A stretch of 63,997 bases of DNA, filler included, from Acidimicrobiia bacterium (GTDB lineage Bacteria; Actinomycetota; Acidimicrobiia; Spongiisociales; CAZKJJ01): assembly GCA_046759765.1 (NCBI GenBank). It is 18 parts of 18 records of this genome, joined end to end, with 100 filler letters (N's around TTAATTAATTAA, not from the genome) between each part and the next. Parts side by side here need not be neighbours in the genome. Positions count along the whole stretch, not along the records: positions 7,486 to 11,122 come from JBHICV010000207.1; positions 11,223 to 14,841 come from JBHICV010000208.1; positions 14,942 to 18,524 come from JBHICV010000209.1; positions 18,625 to 22,206 come from JBHICV010000210.1; 14 more parts are not named here. One strand, written 5' to 3'. Of this stretch, positions 9,193-19,964 are shown piece by piece. The notes beneath the pieces are model-generated. The model saw nothing but the letters and a program-made list of their open reading frames with translations, had not been told where the DNA came from and searched no databases. The position numbers were made by a program, and so were the translations under genes. Every line of letters starts with the position of its first letter. Position 1 is the first letter of the stretch.

Positions 9193-9411
9193 TCAGCCGG
9201 AGCTCTCGTGCTTGAAGGAAACCTTGACCTTCGTCCGATAGGCCACGACGGAGCCGTCCTTATCTAGCTGGAGGTCGAGCTCGCTGACCTCTGCGATTCT
9301 GAGATCCCGCAGCGAGCTTCCCGCCGTCTCCACCGCGGTCTTGGCCGCATCCTCCCAGGAATCGGCGCTCGTCCCCACGAGTTCGATCACCTTGTACACG
9401 CTTCCAGGCAA
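9193..9411 (-). CDS. Dodecin family protein
   Basis: SVYKVIELVGTS..SWEDAA..AVE.A..SLRDLRIAEV...YRTKVKVSFK. Confidence 0.93.
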   Translation of the reverse strand: MPGSVYKVIELVGTSADSWEDAAKTAVETAGSSLRDLRIAEVSELDLQLDKDGSVVAYRTKVKVSFKHESSG

Positions 9412-9488
9412 TTCACCCTCCTTGGCAGAGGGTGGACGCTACCCCGAAGTGGGCTCGTCACGACGGAAGGGCGCGCGCGGCGACCCGG

Positions 9489-10280
9489 TCAATCCGACGT
9501 CACGGTTAGCGGCTGGCTGAGAGACGCAGACTCGCCGCCGGGGTTAGTCACGGTTACGACCCACTGGCGGTCCCTGTCCGGACCGCCGCCGCCAACGCTG
9601 AGCCGGAACGTGATTGTGTTACTGGTAACGACGTAGTTAGAGGCCTGCGGTCTGGGTCCCTGACCCCCGGAGAAGGTGACCGTAAGGCCGGCGACGAACC
9701 CTGAGCCGGTGATCTCTGCGGTCACAGACGACCCCGCCTCTATTTCGCTGGGCGTCATCGTTGCGACCGTCAGCTGCTCTTCGAGAATGGTCGTTGTCGG
9801 TGGCAAGGTCGTTGTAGTCGGTGCTGCGGTCGTCGAAGTGGTGGTTGTCGGCAGCGTCGTGGTCGTGGCCGGTTTGGTAGTGGGTGGCGTCGCCTCAGTC
9901 GTCGAGGTTGTCGGGTCCTCAGATGGCGGGGCCGACGGAGCGGTGGTAGTGGGTACTGGGTCTCCAGCCGCCAGCACCTCAGTGGTCGCGGGTGGGGATG
10001 CCGGAGCGGTCGGTGGCGGGCTCGAGCTCGTCGTCGTGCTTTCAACCTCGCCCGGGCCCTGTACCTGCGGCGGCAGACCGTCACCGGGCAGGAGTTGGCC
10101 CACGGCCGCCAGTTGGCCGGAAGGCTCGGAGCTTGAGTCTTGTGACAACCAATTGCTCAGGGCTAACCCCGCCGCCGCCAAAAGCACGACCGCCACGCCT
10201 ACACGAGCGAACGCGTTGATCTGCCGGTCTGTGATTTGCCGGAGCCACCACTGGAAGCGCCTTCGCTGAAAGCGGAACAC
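9489..10280 (-). CDS. Membrane-anchored protein with a Thr/Pro-rich linker and an IPT/TIG-like domain
   Basis: N-terminal TM, poly-Thr linker, ITGSGF....VTF ... VTVTNPGG. Confidence 0.7.
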   Translation of the reverse strand: MFRFQRRRFQWWLRQITDRQINAFARVGVAVVLLAAAGLALSNWLSQDSSSEPSGQLAAVGQLLPGDGLPPQVQGPGEVESTTTSSSPPPTAPASPPATTEVLAAGDPVPTTTAPSAPPSEDPTTSTTEATPPTTKPATTTTLPTTTTSTTAAPTTTTLPPTTTILEEQLTVATMTPSEIEAGSSVTAEITGSGFVAGLTVTFSGGQGPRPQASNYVVTSNTITFRLSVGGGGPDRDRQWVVTVTNPGGESASLSQPLTVTSD

Positions 10281-10533
10281 GGTCAGTCAGGCGATCACGC
10301 CGACTGCGGGCGCAAGCCCACCAGCCGATGTCACGTTGCCATTAGTGGACCCAGCAAGAAACGCGAGCTCCCCCACTCTTCCCCCAAAACTGCTGAGACC
10401 GCGGATTCCGCGCGAAGGAACCTAGCTGACCACTCAACGTGACGCAGATCCCCGCGGGCCGAACCGAGCCTGCCCGGGGTGACTGTGTGTAGGGTCCGCA
10501 ACTCCAGACATAGGACTCGTCGGAGGGATTGCG

Positions 10534-10840
10534 CTGTCGCACATAGAGGTCCTGGAGGCCTATTGGCAGGCGTGCGACGAGTTGGACTAAGACGCCCGCC
10601 TCGAGCATTTAACCAAGGCCTGGACCGATGATGGTGTCTACTCGGACCCGACGTCCTTTGTGGAGGGAAGGGAGGCCTCGGCCAACCACATGGGCGCCTT
10701 CCACGCGCTCTTCCCGGCTCGTTAACGACGAGTGGGGTCGACTCGCATCCCGGGCGGGCTCGCTTCGAGTGGACCCTCACTGACCGGGAGGGCAACACGG
10801 TCGTTTCCGGTATCGATTTCGTGGTCCTTGCCGAGGAATT
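10534..10840 (+). pseudogene. SnoaL/NTF2-like pseudogene
   Basis: EAYWQACDELD*DARLEHL..AWTDDGVYSDP....GREA, then a frameshift to SGVDSH...ARFEWTL...G.DF; TAA at 10588. Confidence 0.75.
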
Positions 10841-11222
10841 GGCCTCTACTGGTGATCACCCCATCGACTCGGTTGGCCGGTATCAACCCCTGGTATTGGG
10901 GTCCGACCAGCGCAACCGTGTGTGCCTTGTTGCCGGTAGTGATCGTGCTGACATAGGGGAGAGTCTCGGTCGAAGTGTCCAGCCCTACCGGTAGACGACA
11001 TGCTCTGCTCAGACATCAGACCCTCCCGGTGGTCGCTCTCCTCTCCTAAGGAACTTGGTCTCCTTCCATGAGTGAGAACAGGGCCATCCGGCCCTCGCAG
11101 AGCAGCAGAGTCCCTCACAAGCNNNNNNNNNNNNNNNNNNNNNNNNNNNNNNNNNNNNNNNNNNNNTTAATTAATTAANNNNNNNNNNNNNNNNNNNNNN
11201 NNNNNNNNNNNNNNNNNNNNNN

Positions 11223-14200
11223 AACGCCCACACTTCCATCTCGCCGAATCGCTGGCCTCCAAACTGCGCCTTTCCCCCGAGCGGCTGCTGCGTGACAAGG
11301 GAGTAGGGGCCAATCGACCGCGCGTGCATCTTGTCCTCCACCAGGTGCGCCAGCTTCATCATGTAAATCTGCCCGACCGCCACTTCCTGGTGGAATGGTT
11401 TGCCCGTCCGACCATCACAGAGCATCGTCTTCCCCGAGATTGGGAGCTTGGCCTGCCTCAAGTGCTCCTTGATCTCCTCCTCCGCCGCGCCATCGAAGAC
11501 CGGGCTCGCCACCCAGAGGTCGAGCGCGCGCGCGGCCCAGCCAAGGTGCGTTTCCAGAATCTGACCGACGTTCATTCGCGAGGGAACGCCGAGTGGGTTC
11601 AGCACGATCTCAACCGGCGTGCCATCCGGCAGGTAGGGCATGTCCTCAGCGGGGAGCACCCGCGAGACCACGCCTTTGTTCCCATGGCGACCCGCCATCT
11701 TGTCGCCCACCGAGAGTTTGCGTTTCACCGCCACGTAGACCTTGACGGTCTTGATCACGCCCGGCGGCAGATCATCACCCCGACGGAGGCGCGCGATCCG
11801 CTCATCCAGCATAGTCTCGTAGATGGAAATCTGCTCCTCCGCGAGCTCCTCGATTCGCCGGATGTTGACCGGCAGGCCGTCGTCTTCCTTCACGCGGATC
11901 TTCTTCAACTCGTTCCACGAGAAGTTCTCCAGGTACGGACGATCGATCCGGTCACCCTTCTTCCCGAGCTTCTTCTTGTTAATGGGATCCAACAAGTCCT
12001 GGGTCACAGTTTTCCCCACCAGGAGGTTTTTCAGCTTCTGGTCGCGCTCCATCTCGACCATCGCGATCTCATCCTGGTAGTCCTTCTCCAGGCGCCCCAC
12101 CTCTTCCTCTTCGATGGACTTCGCGCGCTCGTCCTTGTCCACACCACGGCGGGAGAACACCTTCACGTCCACCACGGTCCCTTCGATCCCCGGCGGAACC
12201 ATCAGTGAAGTGTCGCGGACGTCTCCAGCCTTTTCGCCAAAGATGGCGCGCAGGAGCTTTTCCTCCGGCGTGAGTTGCGTCTCGCCCTTGGGGGTAATCT
12301 TTCCCACCAAGATGTCCCCAGCCCTCACCTTCGCCCCGATGCGGACGATGCCGGACTCGTCCAGATCCTTCAGCGCCTCTTCCGAGACGTTGGGGATGTC
12401 CCGGGTGATCTCTTCCTTTCCCAGCTTCGTGTCCCGTGCCTGGACCTCAAACTCCTCGATGTGGATCGAGGTGTACCGATCATCCTTCACCAGCCGTTCG
12501 GATACGAGAATGGCATCCTCGAAGTTGTACCCGCCCCACGGCATGAAGGCCACGAGCACGTTCCGTCCGAGGGCCAACTCCCCCTGGGCCGTCGCCGGCC
12601 CGTCGGCGACCACGTCGCCAGCTTGCACACGCTGCCCCTTGCGCACAATCGGGCGCTGGTTAATGCACGTGTTCTGGTTCGAGCGCTGGTACTTCGTCAG
12701 GTTATAGATGTCCAGCGGCAGATCTTGCACTGGGTCCGCCTTCTTGGATCGACTCTCCGCCCGCACGACGACGCGGTCCGCCGACACGTACTCCACCACG
12801 CCCATCCGCTTGGAGAGCACAACCGCCCCTGAGTCCCGTGCCACGATGTGCTCCATCCCGGTGCCCACCAGCGGGGCTTCGGGCTGGAGCAGGGGCACGG
12901 CCTGGCGCTGCATGTTGGAGCCCATGAGCGCGCGGTTGGCGTCGTCGTTCTCAAGGAACGGGACCATCGACGCCGCGACCGAGACGAGCTGCTTTGGAGA
13001 GACGTCCATAAAGTCGATCTCGCTGGCGAGCACCATCTTGAATTCGCCGCCCTTCCGGGCGCGCACGCGATCCTTGACGAATCGATTCTGCAAGTCCAGC
13101 TCGGCGTTCGCCTGGGCGATGACGTACTGCTCCTCTTCGAGCGCCGTCAGGAACGCGATCTCATCGGTCACCGCGCTATCGGCGACCTTCCGGTATGGGG
13201 TCTCGATGAATCCAAACTCGTTGATCCGAGCGTACGTGGAGAGCGACGAAATGAGACCGATGTTCGGTCCCTCGGGCGTTTCAATCGGACAGATCCGTCC
13301 GTAGTGGGTCGGGTGCACATCCCGCACCTCGAAGCCGGCGCGCTCCCGCGACAGGCCCCGGGGCCCAAGGGCGGAGAGCCGCCGCTTGTGAGTCAACTCG
13401 GCCAGCGGGTTCGTCTGGTCCATGAACTGGCTGAGCTGGGACGAGCCAAAGAACTCTTTCACGACCGCCGAGACAGGTTTGGCATTGATCAGATCGTGCG
13501 GCATCAGGTTCGCAATGTCCGAGATGGACATCCGCTCCTTCACCGCCCGCTCCATCCGTGTCAGGCCGACCCGAAACTGGTTCTCGAGCAACTCGCCTAC
13601 AGACCGCACCCGCCGATTGCCGAGGTGATCGATGTCGTCGGTCGGCTTGGAGCCCAACTTCACCAGCAGCAGCTGACGAATAACGGCCACCACATCCTCA
13701 CCCCGGAGCGTCCGCGCGTTTAGAGTCGCGTCAATCTGAAGCTTCTTGTTCAGCATGAAGCGTCCCACCCGGGCCAGATCGTACCGGCGCGAATCCATGA
13801 ACATCCCACGGAACAGTGTCCGCGCGGACTCGACCGTGGGCGGATCGCCAGGACGGAGGCGCCGGTAGATCTCCACAAGCGCCTCATCCGGGTCCTTGAA
13901 GTGATCCCTCCCGTCCCTCGCGAGCGTTTCATAGATCGACGCGTCCACCTTGGCGGGGTTCACGACGAGGAGCTTGAACGGCGCCACCCGACGGGCCATG
14001 AGTTGGGGCAGATCGCCGGTCTTGATTTCTTGATTCGCCTCGTGCAGAACCTCGCCCGTCTCTGGGTCTACGATGCGGCTGCCTGAGCGCCGCCCGACGA
14101 GCTCCTCCGCCGCCACCGGAATCCGCTCCACCTGATGCTCCCGGAGCTGCTCGATGATCTTCCGGGTCAGCCGCTTCCCCGCCTGGATGACAGGCTCGCG

Positions 14201-14841
14201 ATGGCGCGGCAGCCGGATGTCCTCAGCCACCTTCTCATCGAGGTGGATCTCCGGGCGCAGACGCTTCCACACGATCCCGCCCTCGAATCCCTGAACCTCC
14301 TCGAGCTCATAGAAGAACGCGAGGATCTCTTCGTCGCCCAGGATGTCCTGCGGCTTCCGGCACCCGCGCTCCAAGAACCAAAACGCGCGCAGGAACGCAG
14401 TGGCGGACATCTTTCGACGGCGGTCGACCCGAACGTGGAGAAAATCATTCGCATCAAAGTCGAACTCCACCCACGAGCCCCGGTACGGAATCACCCGCGC
14501 GGAATAGAGGAGCTTGCCGGACGTGACCGTCTTGCCCTTGTCATCGTCGAAAAATACGCCGGCCGACCGCTGGAGCTGTGAGACGACCACGCGCTCGGTC
14601 CCGTTTATGATGAAGGTGCCCTTTTCCGTCATCAGTGGAAGCTCGCCCAGATAGACCTCCTGCTCCTTGATGTCCCGGACGGCCCGCGTCTTGGCCTCCT
14701 TGTTCTGCTCGTACACCACCAGACGAAGCGTGACCTTCAGCGGGATGGCGAAGGTCATCCCCCGGTCGTGACACTCCTCGACGCTGTACTTGGGATCCCC
14801 GAAGTGGTAGTTCACGAACTCCAGCGACGCGTTCTCGTTGT
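11223..14841 (-). CDS. rpoB: DNA-directed RNA polymerase subunit beta, truncated at both ends
   Basis: [69 protein letters not shown]. Confidence 0.99.
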
Positions 14842-15011
14842 NNNNNNNNNNNNNNNNNNNNNNNNNNNNNNNNNNNNNNNNNNNNTTAATTAATTAANNN
14901 NNNNNNNNNNNNNNNNNNNNNNNNNNNNNNNNNNNNNNNNNTGACCCAAAGCGGAAGTGAACCATATCTCTGAGCACAAACGCTGATCATTCACTGCAAC
15001 AGGTCAGTTGC

Positions 15012-16280
15012 CTACGTAAACATCCCTTTCAATGTGAAATACAGAAATGCGGCGAGGATACCGCTGACCGGCAGGGTAACCACCCAGGAGACGAAAATGC
15101 TGCCGATCACGCGCAGGTCGAGCGCGGCGAAGCCCCGGGCCAGGCCGACGCCCATCACCGCACCCACCGCGATGTGGGTGGTCGAGACCGGCATACCAGT
15201 GCGCGAGGCCAGCACCACGGTGGCCGCCGCCGCCATGGTGGCGCAGAAGCCGCTGGAGGGCGTCAGCTCGGTGATCTTCCTGCCGATGGTCTGCATGACG
15301 CGATAGCCATAGGTCGCCAGGCCGAGCACGATGCCGCCGCCGCCCAGCACCAGGACCCAGAACGGCAGGGCCGACGTCTGGCCAACGTCTCCGCCGGAGC
15401 TGACCAGCGCGAGTACCGCTGCGAGCGGGCCGATGCCGTTGGCTACATCGTTGGAGCCGTGCGCGAATGCCATGGCGCAGGCGGTGAAGATCATCAGCGG
15501 CGCGAAAATCCGCTCTACGTTGGTGAACTGAAAGGAGCGGTCGGCCGAAGGATCGATCTTAACCCGGTTCACCGCATAACGCCCGACCAGGGCCACGATC
15601 AGACCGAACACGGCGGCGAGCAGGAAGCTCATCGGGATGCTGAGATCGAGATCGAGGTGCTTCAGTCCCTTGAAAAGGGTAACCAGCGCCATCACGAACC
15701 CGACCAGGAAGGCGTAAGTGGGCGCCCATCTGATCGCGCTCTCGAGCGGCTTGTCCGCTCGCAGAATCAGCCTCTGGATGCTGATCACTAGGACGAAGGC
15801 CAGGACACCGCCGACAACCGGAGAAATCACCCAGCTGGCGGCGATCTGGCCGATCTTGCCCCAGTTGACCGCCTCGATGCCGATCCCCGCGATCCCGAAA
15901 CCGACCAGCGCGCCGACGATCGAATGGGTGGTCGAGACCGGCCAGCCCTTGAACGAGGCCATCATCAACCAGATGGCGGCCGCCAACAGCGCGGCCAACA
16001 TGCCGAACACGAGGACCTCCGGCTGATCCACGATGGGCGTGGGATCAATGATGCCTTTGCGGATCGTCTTGGTCACATGGCCGCCGGCGAAGGCAGCGCC
16101 GAGGAACTCGAAAATGGCGGCGATGATGATGGCGGTCCTGACGGTGATCGCGCCGGAGCCGACTGAGATGCCCAGGGCATTGGCGACATCGTTGGCGCCA
16201 ATTCCCCAGGTCATGAACAGGCCGAAAATCACCGCGATTGCTATGAAGGACGTGCCGTGCGCGGCAATGATGCCCATCAC
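15012..16280 (-). CDS. pit: Inorganic phosphate transporter, PiT family
   Basis: GANDVAN, PVSTTH twice, AHGSNDVANGIGP. Confidence 0.95.
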   Translation of the reverse strand: MMGIIAAHGTSFIAIAVIFGLFMTWGIGANDVANALGISVGSGAITVRTAIIIAAIFEFLGAAFAGGHVTKTIRKGIIDPTPIVDQPEVLVFGMLAALLAAAIWLMMASFKGWPVSTTHSIVGALVGFGIAGIGIEAVNWGKIGQIAASWVISPVVGGVLAFVLVISIQRLILRADKPLESAIRWAPTYAFLVGFVMALVTLFKGLKHLDLDLSIPMSFLLAAVFGLIVALVGRYAVNRVKIDPSADRSFQFTNVERIFAPLMIFTACAMAFAHGSNDVANGIGPLAAVLALVSSGGDVGQTSALPFWVLVLGGGGIVLGLATYGYRVMQTIGRKITELTPSSGFCATMAAAATVVLASRTGMPVSTTHIAVGAVMGVGLARGFAALDLRVIGSIFVSWVVTLPVSGILAAFLYFTLKGMFT

Positions 16281-16312
16281 CTGGGTGCTCTCGTGCTATT
16301 GTGGAGGATCCG

Positions 16313-16993
16313 CTAACGAGCAATCAGCAGGCGCAGGCGGTTGCCGACCTTTTCGGAATAGTTGGCTAGATCACCGACCCAGCGGATCAGGCGATGCCAA
16401 GCCATCAGGGAAACCGGATCAATCTCGCCCTCGTGTGCGAAAAGCTCGATCAGCAAGTCGATGGCCTTATGATCTGTGTCGGTCTCGATTCGGTTCAGTT
16501 CGTCGATCATGGCGAGGACGATCTCGGAGTCGCGGCCGCGAAAGCCGGTCTCCACCAGTTCGTCTAGCTGTTCCATAATCCTGGCCATCTGATGACACGC
16601 CTCGAGGCAGCGGCCAGTCAGGTCCATGAGCGGGCTGCGTATCGAATCCAGGACTTTGGGCCGTCGCACTATCAAGGCGCCAGCGATATCCTGCGCCGTG
16701 TCGGCTATTGAATCCTGCAGGTCGAGGATCTCGAGGATGTCGCGGCGGTCTGCCGGCATAAATAAGGTCTTCGGCAGATGCGAGCGCAGCTCGTTCTTGA
16801 TCTCGTCGGCCTTGTTCTCGAGGGCGAAGATATCATCACGGATCTCGCGAATTTTCTTTTCGTCGCCAGCGCAGAGGGCGTCGAAAAGACCGGGCACCTT
16901 GTCCGCGCAGTGCACGACGACCCTCATGTGTTCTTGCAAAGGCCTAAATGGCGATTGGCCGAACAGCTTCAGCAGTGGATTTGTCGTCACCAT
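16313..16993 (-). CDS. DUF47/TIGR00153 phosphate transport regulator (PhoU-like)
   Basis: LFGQSPFRPLQEHM...LENKAD.IK..LR.HLPK.LFMP.DRRD.L...QD.IAD; directly upstream of pit. Confidence 0.93.
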   Translation of the reverse strand: MVTTNPLLKLFGQSPFRPLQEHMRVVVHCADKVPGLFDALCAGDEKKIREIRDDIFALENKADEIKNELRSHLPKTLFMPADRRDILEILDLQDSIADTAQDIAGALIVRRPKVLDSIRSPLMDLTGRCLEACHQMARIMEQLDELVETGFRGRDSEIVLAMIDELNRIETDTDHKAIDLLIELFAHEGEIDPVSLMAWHRLIRWVGDLANYSEKVGNRLRLLIAR

Positions 16994-17043
16994 CTGCGGC
17001 TTCCCAACGACTGTCTAATCTGAAATCAGACGTGGCTCCAAAT

Positions 17044-17061
17044 GCGACGGTTTTGTAACAA
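17044..17061 (-). promoter_or_regulatory. Putative Pho box
   Basis: Minus strand TTGTTAC-AAAA-CCGTCGC, about 50 bp upstream of the DUF47-pit operon. Confidence 0.55.
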
Positions 17062-17187
17062 AGCGAGTGCGGGGTGACAAACGGAACTGCGTTGCTTCCC
17101 GCCTCGCCACGCGTGCCCCCAGGTTCGTTTTTGTTGTTGATGGTAGTTTAAGGAAGGCGGCCAACCGAGTCTAGCGGCCAAGCCTCA

Positions 17188-17356
17188 ATGTCGGCTCATG
17201 GCTAACTCCGGACGTACCGAGGGCCACACCACATCGTCCGCTTACCCCCAAACTGCGGACCTTAGCGCCGAAATCCAGCCTATATGTCGGCTTGCAGGGG
17301 GTCAGCGGACGCTGGGAGCCAAAGCCGCTGAGGTCCGTTGATGATCCAATTCGGCC
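17188..17356. repeat. Cluster of about four degenerate GTCCGC...GCGGAC palindromic REP-like units
   Basis: For example gtccgcttacccccaaactgcggac (17236-17260) and gtcggcttgcagggggtcagcggac (17286-17310); related units at 14942-14958 and 18450-18524. Confidence 0.7.
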
Positions 17357-17604
17357 TTGGCCCCCAACAGCTGCAACTCATTCTGGCAGGACCGAAAAGC
17401 GACCGCTTGCGCATTCTGACGACCGGACGACTGCGTCTCTTGCGCCGCCTGAGCAACGCTATCGGACAGTGCCACCATGCGTCCCCGATTGAAGGGGCAG
17501 CACCACGCCTAGATTGATCGGAAAATCGCACACGACTCGCACATCGGGCGAGGCCGCGATAGCATCACCCCGATCAGCGAGCCTCACATGCGGAATTCGA
17601 GCTC

Positions 17605-18315
17605 ATGCGTGCTTCGCTGCGAGACGCGTTCGCCGGCCTCCTGCGGTGCTTCGCCGCGGTTGCTGTCATCAGTCTCTTCTCACTGGCCGCCCCGGCGCAG
17701 GCGCCACGGCCGGCCGCCATGGAGCTGGTGCTGGCCATCGATGTCTCCACGAGCGTGGACGCCGAGGAGTTCGCGCTCCAGATGCGTGGCATCGCTGCAG
17801 CGTTCCGCCATCCGGACGTGGTGGCGGCGATCGCGCGCCTCGGCGAGCGGGGGCTCGCCGTCACGCTGGTCCAATGGTCAGGGGCCCGGATCCAACGCAC
17901 TGCGGTGGGCTGGACGCTGATCCGCGACGCCGCTGGCGCCGGCCGGTTTGCCGTGGCGGTTGAAGCTGCGCCCCGGCAGCTCCACGGATTGACAAGCCTC
18001 GGCGGCGCGATCCGCTATTCGCTAGCGGCACTCGAGGCCAACGGCTTCGACGGCCGGCGCGAGATAATTGACGTTTCGGGCGATGGGCACAGCGGCCTCA
18101 GCCCGGCCCGCGAGCGCGACCGCGCGCTGGCCCGCGGCGTCGTCATCAACGGACTCGCGATTCTCAGCGAGCAGCCCGACCTCGCGGCCTATTTCGCCGG
18201 CCATGTCATCGGCGGCGAGGGGGCGTTCGTCCTCACGGCCGACTCTTATGCGGATTTCGCCGACGCCATCCGTGACAAGCTGATCCAAGAGATGGGCGTC
18301 AAGTCGTGTTGTTGA
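17605..18315 (+). CDS. DUF1194 (VWA-like) exported protein
   Basis: ELVLAIDVSTSVDAEEF.LQ..G.A.AF, VQWSG, IDVSGDG, INGLAI, VIGG.GAFV. Confidence 0.92.
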   Translation: MRASLRDAFAGLLRCFAAVAVISLFSLAAPAQAPRPAAMELVLAIDVSTSVDAEEFALQMRGIAAAFRHPDVVAAIARLGERGLAVTLVQWSGARIQRTAVGWTLIRDAAGAGRFAVAVEAAPRQLHGLTSLGGAIRYSLAALEANGFDGRREIIDVSGDGHSGLSPARERDRALARGVVINGLAILSEQPDLAAYFAGHVIGGEGAFVLTADSYADFADAIRDKLIQEMGVKSCC

Positions 18316-18624
18316 CAGGTCTGTCCAGTCGCCGGGTAGATGGGCGGCAGCCTTATCGTCATGCCCGAATGGTTTTCGGTCTGAGACCGTCGATGCATCC
18401 CTGATCGAAAGGCCTTCGATCCCGGCCCGCCAAAGACGGCTTGTGGCTGGGAGCGGAAGTTCGAGCCCTTGCTTGGCGACTTCCGCTCTCGGGCGGAAAG
18501 CAGACCTTCGATCTCAACGTCCGCNNNNNNNNNNNNNNNNNNNNNNNNNNNNNNNNNNNNNNNNNNNNTTAATTAATTAANNNNNNNNNNNNNNNNNNNN
18601 NNNNNNNNNNNNNNNNNNNNNNNN

Positions 18625-18785
18625 TTGCCATCACCCAATTGCGCTACCCCAACACTGAAGGGCGGGTCTTCTACGAACGAAAACTCGCCGAAGGTAAAAC
18701 AAAGAAGGAAGCCATCCGTTCCCTGAAACGACGCCTCTCCGACGTCGTCTACCGCCAGCTGGTCGCAGAACAGCAGAGAAAGTAG
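18625..18785 (+). CDS. IS110-family transposase/recombinase, C-terminal fragment
   Basis: AITQLRYPNTEGRVFYERKLAEGKTKKEAIRSLKRRLSDVVYRQL; absent from the ORF track. Confidence 0.9.
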
Positions 18786-18963
18786 GGCTCGGGGGGCACC
18801 CAGGAACGTCTCTGTCGCTTGCGTGGCCGGCATTCCATCCTGATCACCGGCTCTTCAGCTCAGCCACCCCGAGCCGTTCCTCAGCCTACGCATCACCGAC
18901 TACCTCGGTTCAGCCGAGTCGCTCCACCGCGTCCACAGAACCCCTTGACAAACAAACAGGCAT
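18786..18963 (+). ncRNA. IS110 3' non-coding end, candidate bridge/seek RNA
   Basis: Outer stem GGCTCGGGG (18786-94)/CCCCGAGCC (18867-75), inner GCCGG/CCGGC stem, hairpin at 18904-18918, TTGACA at 18945. Confidence 0.6.
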
Positions 18964-19069
18964 CGTTCGGCCCTGTCGGCAGCTGTGAGCGATAGGGCCT
19001 CAGAATGATTGATCTCGGACACGCCACAGATGCGTGGGAACTGAGTAGGCGAGCCGGCGGGGTCTAGCC

Positions 19070-19249
19070 TCAGTGGAGATCGATTCGGTAGCGGACTTGC
19101 ACCACAGGGTTGCCCTCGGGGATCTCTTCGACCTTCTCTGCGCCGTCGAGGGACCATCCGGCCGTCTCGTAGAACCGGGAGGTCCGCTCAGCATCTCGTA
19201 GGGTCCACAACACCGCGTAGTCCCACCTACCGGCTTGCAGATAATCGAG
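19070..19249 (-). pseudogene. GNAT acetyltransferase, C-terminal fragment
   Basis: YAVLWTLRDAERTSRFYETAGWSLDGAEK...VRYRIDL*; no start, joined out of frame to the kinase 3' end. Confidence 0.7.
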
Positions 19250-19670
19250 GGGGTTCGAAGTTCTCTGCCCATATCTCGAGGTCTGACCGTTTGACGGGTG
19301 GGGATTCGGCGCTCCTACTGTCTATTCGCTGCCAGAGGACATCGATCGGCTGCTCGAGATAGTGGAGCTCGACCGAGGCTCCTAGCTTTCTGGCTGCTTC
19401 CCGAAGCGTGTCCCGCTTGTCTTTCGCCCATGTTCCCCATTCAATGATGGCGGTCTGGCCGAGTCGCATCAGATCCTGGGCTAGCTCCCATTGCACGGCC
19501 TCGATGCGTGCCCGTGCTGTCTCATCCCACAGGTCGATGCCGAGAGACTTCATCCACTCGTCCGGAGAGAATCGGATGGCGTCGAGTTCGGCAGCGAGTG
19601 TCTTGCCGTGGGTGGTCTTGCCGGCGCCGGGCAGACCGCACACGATGATCAGTCGTGGTCCTTTGCTCAT
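19227..19670 (-). CDS. P-loop kinase (AAA_33-like), C-terminus probably truncated
   Basis: LIIVCGLPGAGKTT, RFSPDEWM, IIEWGTW...R..LR. Confidence 0.85.
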   Translation of the reverse strand: MSKGPRLIIVCGLPGAGKTTHGKTLAAELDAIRFSPDEWMKSLGIDLWDETARARIEAVQWELAQDLMRLGQTAIIEWGTWAKDKRDTLREAARKLGASVELHYLEQPIDVLWQRIDSRSAESPPVKRSDLEIWAENFEPPRLSASR

Positions 19671-19964
19671 TCGTAGGGCAGGTCTCCGGGACCGCAGTCC
19701 CAGAGGGCCGCACACTCGTCCACCGCGCTCGGCTGCGCCTCCAGCCACAACCCGCCCGACTCTGCTCGATTGAGCCATCGGAGACTCTCGGGACCCATCG
19801 GCGAATCCTCCATGAGAGGTTCGCTCAACGCAAGGTGATTCAACAGGTCGGCCCACTGTGCCGTCGGAGTGCCGATTCCGGCCTAGGGATCGGGTGTGCA
19901 CAATCGGCCGGCAGTTCTGATCTGGGCGGTTCAGTCGCCAGTTGATTCCGCAAGACTGAGCGTC

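Noticed and set aside
9676..10269. Val-rich plus-strand ORF and apparent low-complexity repeats
   Set aside because: Antisense shadow of the Thr/Pro-rich linker gene
11324..14581. Long plus-strand ORFs opposite rpoB, and similar shadows opposite other genes
   Set aside because: Expected antisense ORFs in high-GC coding DNA, with no recognisable motifs
18295..18320. DUF1194 C-terminal CC motif, or an IS end after it
   Set aside because: No partner inverted repeat or transposase is visible; cannot be supported
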